A stretch of DNA of 64,000 bases from Octopus sinensis (GCF_006345805.1 NC_043014.1:48236001-48300000), one strand, 5' to 3'; counted from the stretch's first letter, positions 25,630 to 39,549 are shown. Notes: generated by a model not told the origin, from the letters alone. Numbers and translations are program-made.

Positions 25630-27000
25630 GTATGTTCTTAGTGTTTATTGTACCTGCACATCTGCCACACATAAAGACTACTTTCTCTGTTAAGCTTCCT
25701 GTGATTCTGTTACCTCTTATGTGTCCAAAGCTTTGCACTGGGTACATCATATGGAGTTTCTACCTACACCTTTTCTACATATCGAGCAGGGCCATTTTCC
25801 TGAAGAGATTAGTAATTTGTCTGCTTACTATTACTTTGGTCTTTGCTAAGTTAACTCTAGAGCACTTTGATTCCAGTTCTTGCTTCCACACCTGCAGGTG
25901 CCTTACTAAGAAGATAGCATCAGAAGTGCTTCTCCCTAGCACAAAACCAAACTGCATCTCATCTAGGCTAACTCTCTTCCTAATTAGTTGAGCTATGACC
26001 CTTTCTGTAACTGTCATGACCTGGTCTAGCAATTTGATTCCTCTTGAATTACTTCTGTTTAAGACATCTCCTTTACCTTTTAAGCAGTTGATTATAATAC
26101 TGCCACACCAATTGTTGGGCATGACCTCTTCCTGGACAACCGGGTAGATTAGGCCATATCCCATTCTGCTAGATATTTTAAGTACCCCAGCCAATAATTC
26201 CTGATGGGCCAGGGGCTTACCCAGTCTTCATATCCTTAATTGCTTTATCTATCACTAGCACTATCACCCGGCGTTGCGGGGTCATAGTGCTAGTGCATAC
26301 ATATACAGCTGCATGCGTGTGCACATACACGCGATTACTGTCCAAATCTCCGACCAATCACATACAGCTAGCTGACATTCAATTGATGTATCAAATTTCA
26401 GGCATTTTGATTGGGTTTTGGATAGAAAATTCACAAAAAAGTCATTTCTATTGATTTTTTTAATGGCTTTGTTGGGTGACTGGGGAAATGTAAAGATGTG
26501 CACGACCACCCTTGGCTGGTTTTGAATGACCATAGAAAGTGTGAGCCATCTAACTGAAAAATTGTGGATTTGTATGAAGGACACGCACACAGACATTTTG
26601 CCATTTATATATAGAGAGATGCTACTGTCAACACAGATAGCCAGTCCCTATGTTGGGTCCACTCGAGGAAGACTCTTCCTCCATGCATTCTCCACATTTA
26701 ACAGCCTTTCACGGTGGCACTTCCATGCCTCTTTTTTTGCAGAATCACTAAGTGCAAGTGCACCATCATCCATCTGAACTTACCTCTCTCCTACATCATC
26801 ATGATTTTCTCTGATTTGCTGTCTTACAATCTGGAATACCTCGTGCATCTGGTCCTCATGCTGCAGAACATTGGCAAACTTCTTCCTTTCTGCTTCTCCC
26901 CCGAGATAAACATACCTGTCACCTAGCTTGTCTTCTAGATACCTGGTTATAGTTCTCTGCTTCTCCAACTCTTCTAGACTAGTTTGTTGCTCTGGCGGCC
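25630..27000 (-). mobile_element. RTE LINE RT-region fragment split by a Helitron
   Basis: RGIKLLDQVMTVTERVI...EMQFGFVLGRSTSDAIFLVRHLQ and GEAERKKFANVL; removing 26255-26619 restores VDSSMIDKAIKDMKTG-APGPSG. Confidence 0.9.
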
Positions 27001-28369
27001 CCGTCACTGTTCAACGACCATGTTACTCTTGGTCTGGTTGGAACTTTGCACCAGCCACAAATTTAGTCTGTGGCTCTCAGCAAGTTGTCCTATAGGAACT
27101 TCAACTGTAATGTGTATGTACATACATGTGTGCATGCATAGATATGGCTGTACTGTTAAGAAGTTCACTTCACAACTACATAGTTCCACATTCAAATCTA
27201 TTTTGTGGAACCTTGAGTAAGTGTCCTCCACCAAAGCCTTGAGATCATCAGTGCCTTATGAGATAAACAAATGGAAGTCAGTTGCATGCGTATGTGTGTA
27301 TGATCATTATTTTACATGTGTGGAGGCACATGGCCTAGTGGTTAGAGCAGCAGACTCATGGTCGAGGGATTGCAGGCTTGAATCTCAGACCGGGCGATGT
27401 GTGTGTTTACGAGCGAAACACCTAAGCTCCATGTGGCTCCGGCAGAAAGTAATGGCGAAACTTCTGCTGACTCTTCCGCCACAACTTTCTCTCACCCTTT
27501 CCTCCTGCATCTCGCAGCTCCCCTGCGATGGACCAGCGTCCCGTCCAGGTGGGGAACCTATATGCCAAGAAACCAGGAAACCGGCCCTTATGAGCCAGGC
27601 ATGGCCTGAGAAGGAACAAACAACAACATTATTTTACATCCACTTTCCATGCCGTCATGGGTCAGATAGGTTGTCATAGTCCTAATTAGTTCTTATTCAG
27701 TTGCAGTTGATCAAAACAGTTTAGAGCACCATGTCCCATTTGTAGATTTTAGTTTTCTCTTGCTTTCTACTGCTGGATGCTTTTCTTAACATTCAACCAC
27801 TTTAAGGTATGACTTTAAACTGCATTTACTTGTGGCAGCCTGGTTTGGGGGTTCCAGGGTTTTGGGGAGTGAACAAGTGTGAAACCACGTGGAGATCACG
27901 CAGTCGTTAGCCTCAAATTGCCTGGCCTGGCCGGCGTTTGTGAGAGATGCAGCATTGAGGATGAATGAAGCCAGCTCAACCCACCCCGGGTGAATGCTGT
28001 CTCAATCCAAGAAGAAAAAAAAAGAAACCACCTCTTAGCCACTATTTTTCTTAGGTCTACTCCGACCCAGAGTAAGCACCTGTCAGAGTCCTAGCTATTG
28101 GTAAAATAGCATGTAACCACCCAAGACAAGGTGTGTTGAAATCGTAAGATGCAGCATAGTGGTTGTGAGTGATTTCAGTTGATGGACTGGAGTCTGTGAT
28201 GGGATATCATTAGATCCTTTGTCCTGATGATGACCAAACAACAAACTGTCAGTGGTCAGAATCACGAGTTCAGTCTAAACTGCCGTTATCTTCTGTAACA
28301 GATGAGGTATTTCAGCAAGTGAAAGACCAATATGACGAAAACCTAGACCAGACATTTATGCCTCATCAC

Positions 28370-28597
28370 TTAACCCTTTAGTGTTTAAACTGGCCACATC
28401 CGGCCCAAATATTCTACATGTTTTATATTTGAACTGGTGATATCTGGCCTCTCACACTTAACCTACATTGACATTCTAAAAATAAATATTCACATCATTG
28501 AGATTTCAAAGCTATGAGATAATGTGTGATTAATTCAAAACAATTTGAGTGAAAATGCATTACATTTAACAGAATAATCTGAACACCAAAGGGTTAA
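28370..28597. mobile_element. TTAA-flanked piggyBac-type MITE (second family; related copy 38012-38618 is split by a Helitron)
   Basis: TTAA-CCCTTTAG ... AAAGGG-TTAA termini. Confidence 0.82.
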
Positions 28598-31500
28598 TCA
28601 GGATGTCTGGCATGAAAGATTTTCATTGGTCTGGGCAAGTTACCCTGCTTTGATGGTTCGATGGACTTTACGGAATGTATTGGATGCATTAGCTCTAGCA
28701 AGGTTGTCTTGTACTCACTTGTAGGCATGAAGGTTCTCACTACTACATGTGTTCATTTATTTACTCATGGCAACAATCCCAACAAGGTGAATGGAATGAG
28801 ATGACAAAAGAAGAGCCAGGATGAGTGAGTGATGGGAGCAAGAATATGATGCTAGAAAAAGTGATATGATTCAGAAATAGATAGATTAATATATATATAA
28901 TACACTAGCACTATGATCCAGCAACGCCGGGTCATAGTACTCGTGCATACATATACAGCTGCGTGTGTGCGCACATACACGCGAGTACTGTCCAAATCTC
29001 CGACCAATCCCATACAGCTAGCTGGCATTCACTCGGCGTATCGAGTTTCGGGCATTTTGATTGGGTTTTTGGATAGAAAATTCACAAAAAAGTCACTTCT
29101 ATTGATTTTTTAATGGCTTTGCGGGGTGACTGGGGAAATGTAAAGATGTGTACGACCACCCTTGGACGGTTTTGAATGACCATAGAAAGTGCTAGCTCTC
29201 TAACTGAAAAATTGTGGATTTGTATAAAGGATACACACACACACAGACAAACATTTTGCCGTTTATATATATATATATATTACCACGGTATTGACCAGAC
29301 TGTCGGATGTTGTTATACATCACTGGTCACAACGCACTTCACATTGTTTTAGTTTTCGAATGATGCCACCCCTACTGGCTAGGTGAGCAGGCCATCATTC
29401 TCCTGATTGGAAGGCTGTTCTGTCACAGGGTCACCCATATACAGCTGAGTGGACTAGGACAATGTGGAATGAAGTGTTTTGCTTAAGAACACAGTGCACT
29501 GCCTGGTCTGTGAAGTGAACCCATGATCTAGCAGTCGTGAGTGCAATACCCTAACCTCTAGGCCACGTGCCTTCACCATGTGTGTATATGTGTGTGTGTG
29601 TAGAGAGAGAGAGTGATATATGGATAGTAATAGCTATTTCTTTACTTTACTACCCACAAGGGGCTAAACACAGAGAGGACAAACAAGGACAGACAAACGG
29701 ATTAAGTCGATTATATCGACCCCAGTGCGTAACTGGTGCTTATTTTATCGACCCCGAAAGGATGAAAGGCAAAGTCGACCTTGGCGGAATTTGAACTCAG
29801 AATGTAGTGGCAGACGAAATACCGCTAAGCATTTCGCCCGGCGTGCTAACGTTTCTGCCAGCTCACCACCTTATATGGTTAGTAATAGCATTAGACAATG
29901 GTAAAGCATAAGTGATGGATGTCAATAAAGAATGGCCCAGGTGGGGAGCATGATGATGACTTGAAGTACAGGAAAGTTGATGGCAGAGCGTATCAATTAC
30001 AAACTCATGTGATGGAGGCCTTGTGATGGACTTGAAAGGTACTAACGAGGATTGTGGTTGGAAGGGTTGCATATGGGTCGATCCAGTACCATCCCTTGTT
30101 CCATGGGTGGTACAGCGCAATGAAAAGAGATCAACTGCTACCAGTAGTTGCATAGGCAGCATAGTACAATGAATGGAAGAGAGAGGGAGAGGGAGTGATA
30201 GAGAGATGAGATGATGACAGAGAAGTTGGGGAGACAGTAGACGTAAACTCAACTGGGACATATTGATTGAAATATTCATAATGTACCGCTATCACTAGCA
30301 GCAATTTTTAGCATTAATTTTTGCTCTGCTTACAATGGTCGGCAGGTCTTCTCCAGCACTACTTGTTGCCAATTAACTCGGCCTTTTTTCTCTCCACTAT
30401 TAAACCCAGCATCATCATCATCATCGTCATCATTTAACGTCTGCTTTCTGTGCTAGCATGAGGTGGACGATTTCACTGAGGGCTGGCGAACCAGAAGGCT
30501 GCACCAGGCTCCAGTCTTGATCTGGCAGAGTTTCTACAGCTGGATGCCCTTCCTAACGCCAACCACTCCGAGAGTGTAGTGGGTGCTTTTACGTGCCGCC
30601 GGCACGAGGGCGAGTTTGGTGGTACTGGCAACGGCCACGCCCAAATGGTGCTTTTTATGTGCCACCTGCACAGGAGCCAGTCCAGCGGCACTGGCGACGA
30701 CCTTGCTCGAATGTTTCACGTGCCACCAGCACAAGTGCTAAAATCAATCTTAACCACTGCCCCTCTTGTCTCCCCGAGTTTTCTTCTTCTGTGGGTTCCA
30801 TTCTCATTCATCACATGTGCATACCAGCAGCAGTCTCTTCTCTTACATACTACATCTGATTTTACTTATGCCCAGTTTTTTTCTCAGCTCATTTAGTATT
30901 CATTTGAACTCTGGCATTCATGCATACTAACATTACACAGTCAATGGAGTATACTCTTTACTCTTTTGCTTGTTTCAGTCATTTGACTGCGGCCATGCTG
31001 GAGCACCGCCTTTAATCGAGCAACTCGACCTCGGGACTTATTCTTTTGTAAGCCCAGTACTTTATTCTATCGTCTCTTTTTGCCGAACCGCTAAGTAACG
31101 GGGACATAAACACACCAGCATCGGTTGTCAAGCAATGCTAGGGGGACAAACACAGATACACAAACACACACACGCATATATATATATATATATATATACG
31201 ACGGTTCTTTCAGTTTCCGTCTACCAAATCCACTCACAAGGCTTTGGTCGGCCCGAGGCTATAGTAGAAGACACTTGCCTAAGGTGCCACGCAGTGGGAC
31301 TGAACCCGGAACCATGTGGCTGGTAAACAAGCTACTTACCACACAGTATGTTCATTTCTTTCTAACCTTCACAAGTCTTCTGTATTTAGGACCATATTTC
31401 TCTATCACACAGCATCGTGGTTTATACACAAGCATCATACAGTCTGCTTTTTGCTCAAAGGGTGAAATACTTTATAACTTGCAGAGTTCAAAGCTCCTTA

Positions 31501-31777
31501 AACATTATTTAATTAATTTTTATCCTATTTACTTTACTTTCAGAATATCCATCTCTGTTGCTAATTAATGGTTGGTTAGTTCATGTTAATCCTTTAAGGA
31601 GCATAATACTGGTTTCTTGGTCTCCGTGGAATATATATTCCTCTTCAGACAGTCATGCTGGTCCATCACAAAATTGCTTGTTTTTACCAGATGAGTGAAC
31701 TGGAACAAAATATATTGCGGAGATGTACTTGCATAGCAAGTGATTTGATCTGAGTGAGATCTTGTGCTGAAATGAAA

Positions 31778-32007
31778 ACAATTGCAGCGTGGAAGGTGTT
31801 TGTAAGCCATTTAAGAAACACACAAAAGCCGTTCGATTCACTTCAACATTTAAGTTTAATTTTTCAAAATATTTTTGTCAGTGAACAGGTCGCAGTCTTA
31901 AAGCGACAAAAATATTTTGACAAATTAAACTTAAATGTTGAAGTGAATCAAACGGCTTTTGTGTGTTTCTTAAATGGTATACAAACACCTTCCACGCTGC
32001 AATTGTT
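31778..32007. repeat. Foldback inverted repeat, ~102-bp arms, 25-bp spacer
   Basis: 31778-31879 is the reverse complement of 31905-32007 with about 4 mismatches. Confidence 0.95.
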
Positions 32008-32310
32008 AAAAAGCACCATCCGTTCGTGGCCGTTGCCAGCCTCGTCTGGCACCTGTGCCGGTGGCACGTAAAAAGCACCATCTGATCGTGGCCGTTTGCC
32101 AGCCTCGTCTGGCACCTGTGCTGGTGGCACGTAAAAAGCACCCACTACACTCACGGAATGGTTGGCGTTAGGAAGGGCATCCAGCCGTAGAAACATTGCC
32201 AGATCAGACTGGACCTGGTGCAGCCTTCTGGTTTCCCAGACCCCAGTTGAACCGTCCAACCCATGCTAGCATGGAAAGCGGACGCTAAACGATGATGATG
32301 ATGATGATGC
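32008..32310 (+). mobile_element. Retroposon family B with V-domain-like GGAAGGGCATCC core and (GAT)n tail. Other copies: about 6040-6420, 9800-10560, 19785-20015, 21003-21325, 30410-30745, 33228-33650, 34195-34420, 41275-41440, 50960-51330, 54290-54548, 54972-55117, 60735-61105
   Basis: Shared GGCGTTAGGAAGGGCATCCAGCCGTAGAAAC...CCAACCCATGCTAGCATGGAAAGCGGACGTTAAACGATGATGAT. V-SINE assignment from memory. Confidence 0.8.
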
Positions 32311-32412
32311 CTAGTCCTGAAATCAAAACCACAATCTTACGATCACGAGTCCAACATTGTTACCACTAAGCCATGCTCCACCAAATTTAGCTTACATAGG
32401 TAACAGAAATTA

Positions 32413-33228
32413 TCAACTACTTCTGTTCGATTTGTCCCTTTTGCTGCATCCTTTCAAGTTATGTACTAGTGCTTGCAGCTCTTGGTATTGTTGGTGATTG
32501 TCCACATCACAGAGTGATTCAAAAATAGATTTTCTAAATTTGGCAATCTGCACTTTCTGTTGATTGTTCTTTTGAAATACCACTAAAACATTTAATATGG
32601 TTGTGTTGAGCAGGTATTCTAAAGCAATCTTGTGATACCATCTGATGGTTTTTCTGAGAGGTATGAAGTACCATAAATCCTTGAGTATTGTACGCCCTTG
32701 AGTATAATACACAGGGGGTTTTTAGCGGGCTGCACTTTTGAAAAACCTAAACCTTGTGTATAATACACACCCCTTCTCTAACTTGAGTCAACTCGGTCTA
32801 TATAACATCCTTGTTTTGTAAAAATGTATATGGTAACGCCCTTTATTATTACTGTATATATAACATAATGCAAACGTGTAGCTTTTTTGTGCATTTTGTT
32901 TGCAGAAAATAAAGAAATAACAGTAATAACATTTAATAAATGTTGCTTACTGCAAGTTATGGATGATTCTTTTATGACTTCATTGCTTTCAGGCTTAGCT
33001 TAAGGTATTTTCGTGCCCGACATCACAAAATGTGTCTGAATAAACATTGCCGGACAGCAAATAGAGACTCGGACATTGCTTAGAAAATATTTTTAATTTT
33101 TAACCTTGTATATAGTACACAGTAGGAATTTTGACCTTTAAATTTTGGAGAAAAAATGCGAATTATACTCAAGGATTTACGGTAGCTTGCCATTTGAATA
33201 GAGATACCTATTCCCTGTTTTATCAAAT
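32413..33228 (-). pseudogene. piggyBac transposase C-terminal relic interrupted by a MITE
   Basis: After excising 32671-33182 and one TA, the frame reads KQGIGISIQMASYFIPLRKTIRWYHKIALEYLLNTTILN, matching piggyBac GVD..DQM.SY...RKT.RWY.K. Confidence 0.85.
32671..33182. mobile_element. Tc1/mariner-superfamily MITE (CCGTA-type TIR)
   Basis: TIR CC[A/G]TAAATCCTTGAGTAT at both ends; TA duplication at 32669-70 and 33183-84. Confidence 0.88.
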
Positions 33229-34416
33229 CATCATCATCATCATCTTCGTTTAGCGTCTGCTTTCCATGCTAGCATGGATTGGACGGTTCAACTGGGGTCT
33301 GTGAAGCCAGAAGGCTGCACCAGGCCCAGTCTGATCTGGCAGTGTTTCTACGGCTGGATGCCCTTCCTAACGCCAACCACTCCGTGAGTGTAGTGGGTGC
33401 TTTTTATGTGTCACCGGCACAGGTGCCTGACGAGGCTGGCATACAGGCAACGATCGGATGGTGCTTTTTACGTGCCACCGGCACAGGGGCCACGCGAGGC
33501 TGGCAACGGCCACAATTGCATGGTGCCTTTTACGTGCCACCGCCACGAGGCCAGTCGGGACGGCGCTGGCAATGGCCACGTTCGGATGGTTCTCTTACGT
33601 ACCACTGGCACTAAGCCACCCCGACTGGCTTCGTGCCGGTGGCACATCGTAGCTGAGAATTATTTCTGGCTTCCTTCCTTCCACATCATTCACTCTTTGC
33701 CCTGTTTCCCTGAAGCTAAGGTTGTGTTTTTCTAGATAACAATACCACATCACACCTATCCTTCCACTTTGCCACTACAATTCCATTATTTTGTTGCATG
33801 CCAATAATATGTCCTTTATGGAGCCTTGTGCTTAAAACATATTTTGGGGTTGCCCTTTCTATTTGATCCTAGTGTGACCACAAGGTAGGTTTTATGCGTT
33901 AGCAATTCTTTTGCTAAATCAATGGATACATATATAAGTTATCTGTGGCTTTTGTCCTGCCTGCTCCTTCATAATCCTTAGTAAGATCTAATACTATTTG
34001 GATTGCATGAGTATGTTCATCTGCATGAGTATTACTCTTTACTCTTTTACTTGTTTCGGTCATTTGACTGCGGCCATGCTGGAGCACCACCTTTAGTCGA
34101 GCAAATCGACCCCGGGACTTATTCTTTGTAAGCCCAGTACTTATTCTATCGATCTCTTTTGCCGAACTGCTAAGTGATGGGGGACGTAAACACCATCCGT
34201 CCGTGGCCGTTTGCCAGCTCTGTCTGGCACCTGTGCAGGTGGCACGTAAAAAACACCCACTACACTCACGGAGTGGTTGGCGTTAGGAAGGGCATCCAGC
34301 CGTAGAAACACTGCCAGATCAGACTGGGCCTGGTGCAGCCTTCTGGCTTCCCAGACCCCAGTTGAACCGTCCAACCCATGCTAGCATGGAAAGCGGACGC
34401 TAAATGATGATGATGA

Positions 34417-34479
<63 letters not shown>

Positions 34480-35461
34480 AGATTCATAATCTCTGTATTT
34501 TTCTATGTGGATAAAAAATTTTTTTTTTTTAAAGTTACAAATTAAGAAATTGCAGTGGAGGTTGGGGATAAATTAAAATTTGGGTAACACGATTTCTGGG
34601 CAAAATCATATTAACCCACTTTTATACAATGAAACAATACACAGTTTGTGATCCTTCTTAAGTTACAGAAAGCACTTTCATACAAATCCATGCAAATTGT
34701 ATCCTCCCCACTTTACTTTTAAACAAACAATAACTTTCATTATATCGGTAATCAGTTCACTATATATATCAGCTGTACTAATTCTGCCCACAAAAAGGAA
34801 CAAATAATACAATATAGCTGTAGGTCATAACACCCTGGCAACGCTGGGTTGCATTGCTAGTAATAGATAAAGGTGAATTATTTACAGCAGTCCTGAGAAA
34901 TTAAAATTACACTCATTAATACTAATATTATTTAATTTCTTACTATTAACTGCTGCCTTATTATCAGCTAGATTAGATGTAGTAGAGTATATGAATTTCA
35001 TGGTATGCCCACTAAATATCCTACTGTATCTACAAGAAGGGGGAAAATGCTTGTCTTAATGCCCTAAAGAATATTCCTGGTATATCCATGGCTACGAGAA
35101 TTCCAAAAGGGATGTTAAACCATATAATATTTCACTTACAAAATCTAATTCTACCCATTTTGTTGTCGTTATTGAGATCAATATTGTTGATGTTACATCA
35201 ATTTATTCTCCTGTTGTCATTCGATGTAACAATTTTCCCCATGGTTAAATTTGTTGTCTTATTATAACATCAAATTGGAGTCTAATTCTGTAATTTTCTA
35301 CTCTCACATTCGAATCAGGAGAATTTCAGGATTTATTATTTTGGTTATTCATTCTGTGACTGTCATATCCTTATCAATTGTTTTATTGTCGATATACAAT
35401 TCATTTCCCGTGCTTATTATTACAACATCTCATTTGGTTATTTGTTACACACATATACACC

Positions 35462-35493
<32 letters not shown>

Positions 35494-35984
35494 AAGTCAT
35501 GCAGCAAAGTCATTTATAAAAATCCATTCATAAGGAAAAAACGAAAAGGAATATCTAAAGAAGTGAACTGCTTCCAGTAGGAGTATTCTAAATAGATAAG
35601 GTATGTAAAAGTTTGGTGTAAAAGGAGAGAAGAAACCAAGTGTTACATTCCTAATGTATGTATACCTATTTCTTTACTACCCGCAAGGGGCTAAACACAG
35701 AAGGGACAAACAAGGACAGACAAAGGGATTAAGTCGATTACATCGACCCCAGTGCGTAACTGGTACTTAATTTATCAACCCCGAAAGGATGAAAGGCGAA
35801 GTTGACCTCGGCGGATTTGAACTCTGAACATAACGGCAGACGAAATATGGCTACGCATTTCGCCCGGTGTGCTAATGTTTCTGCCAGCTCACCATCATAT
35901 AATGTATGTATACCTCTGATTAAAGAGATGAGCTTATTCATACCTGCACATACCTTTGGCTTATGTGTTAGTCCCGTCTATGAC

Positions 35985-36480
35985 TATACACACCTGGCAA
36001 ATGTATTAGTCCTATCTATAGTTATACACATCTAGTTACTATGTTAGTCCCATTTATAGCTACTTACACAACCTGGCTAACGTGTTCCATCCATAACTGT
36101 ATACACCCCCTGGCTAATGTGTTAGCCCCATTTTTTGCTACACACTCTTCTGAGCTCCTGTATTAGTACCTTCTATAGTTACACACACCTCCTAGCTAAT
36201 GTGTTAGTCCCATCTGTTATACATACGCACACACCACCTAGCTAATATGTTAGTATCATCTATAGTACCACATCTTTCGGTTATTGTGTTCATCCTGTCT
36301 ACAGTGACATATTCCTCATGGCTAGTGTATTAGTCCCACTAGTGTATTAGCTATACCCACCTCCTGGTTAATAATGTTTTCTCTCATCCATAACTACTTA
36401 CACCTCCTGTCTTATGTAAGGCCTGTCCCTAGCTTCACACTTACCTGGATAATGTGTTACTTTCATCCATTACTACATGT
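35985..36480. repeat. Degenerate ~35-45-bp minisatellite (ACACCTGGCTAATGTGTTAGTCCCATCTATAGTT-like)
   Basis: About 10-12 diverged units recognisable by GCTAATGTGTTAG variants. Confidence 0.8.
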
Positions 36481-37167
36481 ACCTTAGGGCTAATGAGTTG
36501 ATTAGTTGATCATCACGACCACCCCTATAATACATCCATTTCATATAAATTCACTTATGACTGACCACTTGCAGCTAATGTTGTTATTTTTCATTTTATA
36601 TCATCTCTATATATATATAAGTGGCAAAATGTCTGTCTGTCTGTGTGTGTGTCCTTTATACAAATCCACAATTTTTCAGTTAGAGGGCTTGCACTTTCTA
36701 TGGTCATTCAAAACCGTTCAAGGGTGGTCGTGCACATCTTTACATTTCCCCAGTCACCCTGCAAAGCCATTAAAAAATCAATAGATGTGACTTTTTTGTG
36801 AATTTTCTGTCCAAAAACCCAATCAAAATGCCCGAAACTTGATACGCCAATTGAATGCCAGCTAGCTGTATGTGATTGGTCAGAGATTTGGACAGTACTG
36901 CTTTTTTATATGAGTAATAAGGCATTTCAATAGAACATATTTACTCCCGGGAATTACTGGGTACACCAGCTAGTAATTTATAAACTAGTTCTGTCATTGG
37001 CTAAAAATCCCTGATAGGTTAATCATTGGTACTCTGCATTTTTAATGGTAACAGTGACAGAGAGTGTTTGTTACTCATAGCTGAACAAATATCACAAAGG
37101 GTACAATAGCCGAGACGTTGTAACTATAACAACCAAGTTGATGACACTAGTCTGAATATATCATTGT

Positions 37168-37842
37168 TTAACCCTTTCATTACTGTATTTATTTTGAGAT
37201 ACTCTGTGTTTCTCTTAATTATTTTAAATATAACAAAGAATTTAGTAAAATAACTTAGTTGTCATTAAGCTAGTGTTAGGAACATAAAATGTGACTAAGG
37301 TTTCGTGGAAGATTTTTATTCAAAACTTATGAAAACAAGACATTTGTACTACAGAGCCAGAGCCGGTTTCAGCCGGGTTGGTAACGAAAGGGTTAAGAAT
37401 TGTTTCTCTGTTATATATTTTAACCCTTTTGTTACTATATTTCTGTTGAGATGCTCTGTGTTTCTTTCAATTAATTTTGAATTAATAAAGAATTTAGTAA
37501 AATAACTCAATTATCATTAAGCTAGTGTTAGGAACATATATTATGACTAAGTTTTGGTGGAAGATTTTAATTCAAAACTTATGAAAACAAGACATTTGTA
37601 CTACAGAGCCAGAGGTGGTTTTAGCTGGGTTGGTATCAAAAGGGTTAGGAATTGTGTCTTTGTTATATATTTTAACCCTTTCATTACTGTAATTCAAAAC
37701 TTAGTTATCATTAAGCTAGTGTTAGGAACATATATTACAACTAAGTTTTGGTGGAAGATTTTAATTCAAAACTTATGAAAACAAGACATTTGTACTACAG
37801 AGCCAGAGCCAGTTTCAGCCGGGTTGGTAACAAAAGGGTTAA
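37168..37842. mobile_element. Three tandem copies of the same TTAA MITE (third internally deleted)
   Basis: Same termini and linker as 14691-15182. Confidence 0.88.
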
Positions 37843-39388
37843 CCTTCTCAGCACTGGGCCCCTGTGTCTAATTTGACCCTCCACCTGGGTTCTGCATTTA
37901 CAAACCTAGAGTAACGACTACAGGCAAACTAATGGACAGAATCAGCTGCATCTTCTTTTCCTACGTGTGTTGTTCATTACTGCTTTACTGGCAATTCAGC
38001 CGAGATTACTGTTAACCCTTTAGCATTCAGATTTCTCTGTCAAATGTAATGCTTATTTATTCTTATTGTTTGTAATCTTCTATATATATAAACAGCAAAA
38101 TGTCTGTGTGCGTGTCCTTTATACAAATCCACAATTTTTCAGTTAGAGGGTTCGCACTTTCTATGGTCATTCAAAACCAGCCAAGGGTGGTCGTGCACAT
38201 CTTTACATTTCCCCAGTCACCCTGCAAAGCCATTAAAAATTCAATAGAAGTGACTTTTTTGTGAATTTTCTATCCAAAACCCAACCAAAGTGCACAAAAC
38301 TTGATACACCAATTGAATGCCAGCTAGCTGTATGTGATTGGTCGGAGATTTGGACAGTACTCGCGTGTATGTGCGCATGCACGCAGCTGTATATGCATGC
38401 ACTAGCACTATGACCCGGCAACGCCTGATCATCGTGCTAGTCAATTATATAATATCTTGTAACTTCAAGATTTTGATGAGGTGATTGTTTATATTTAGAA
38501 TGACCTTGTAGGGTTTGTGTAGGAGGCTGAATCATCTGGCCAGTTTGAACGTAAAACAAGCAGAATATCTGAGCCAGTTAAATGCCGGTTAATGGCTGGT
38601 TAAATGCTAAAGGGTTAAACTATTCCTGCAATTGTGGGAACACAGCATAATGGGGTAAATAATGATAATTTCTGATGGAGACTGTTGGATACAGTGGCAG
38701 AGTTGTTGTGACTATAACAACCAAGAATAAGACACTAGCGTGAATATATATATATCAGTGGTGTGTAATAACAATGTATTGAGTACTAAATCATCTGAGA
38801 GATTTAGCTGCTGTTTCTAACAGGTTTAGTGACCATCTGGAGGCTTGCTTGTTGGCTCAGTCTTCCAGAGTTGATCATCATATGCATTGGGGTTGCTTCA
38901 AATAGCCATACCCTTTCTCACTTTCAAAGCTAAGAAGGAAAAAAAAATTGAATCACAGGCACAGGTATGGCTGTATAGTAAGAAGTTTGCTTCTTAACCC
39001 TCATGGTTCTGGGTTCTGTCCCACTGCATGGCACCTTAGACAAATGTTTTCTACAATAGCCTTGGGCCAACCAAAGCCTTGTGTGTGGATTTGGTATATG
39101 GAAACTGAAAGAAACCCATCGTGTATGTGTGTATATATTGTGTGTGTGTGTGTTTGTCCCCCCACTGTCACTTGATGAGCAGTGTTGGTATGTTTACATC
39201 CCTGTAACTTCGAGGTTTGAGAATAGAGACCAATCAAATAAGTACTAGGCTATAAAAAAAAGACTAGTACTGGGTTCAGTTCCTTTAACCAAAATTTCTT
39301 CAAGGCGGTGCCCCAGCATGGCCATAGTCGGATGACTAAAACAAGTAAACGATAAAGTACCCAAGTAAGAAAATCCAATCATCATCAT

Positions 39389-39549
39389 CATAGGCGTAGG
39401 AGTGGCTGTGTGGTAAGTAGCTTGCTTACCAACCACATGGTTCTAGGTTCAGTCCCACTGCGTGGCACCTTGGGCAAGTGTCTTCTACTATAGCCTCGGG
39501 CCAACCAAAGCCTTGAGTGTGGATTTGGTAGATGGAAACTGAAAGAAGC

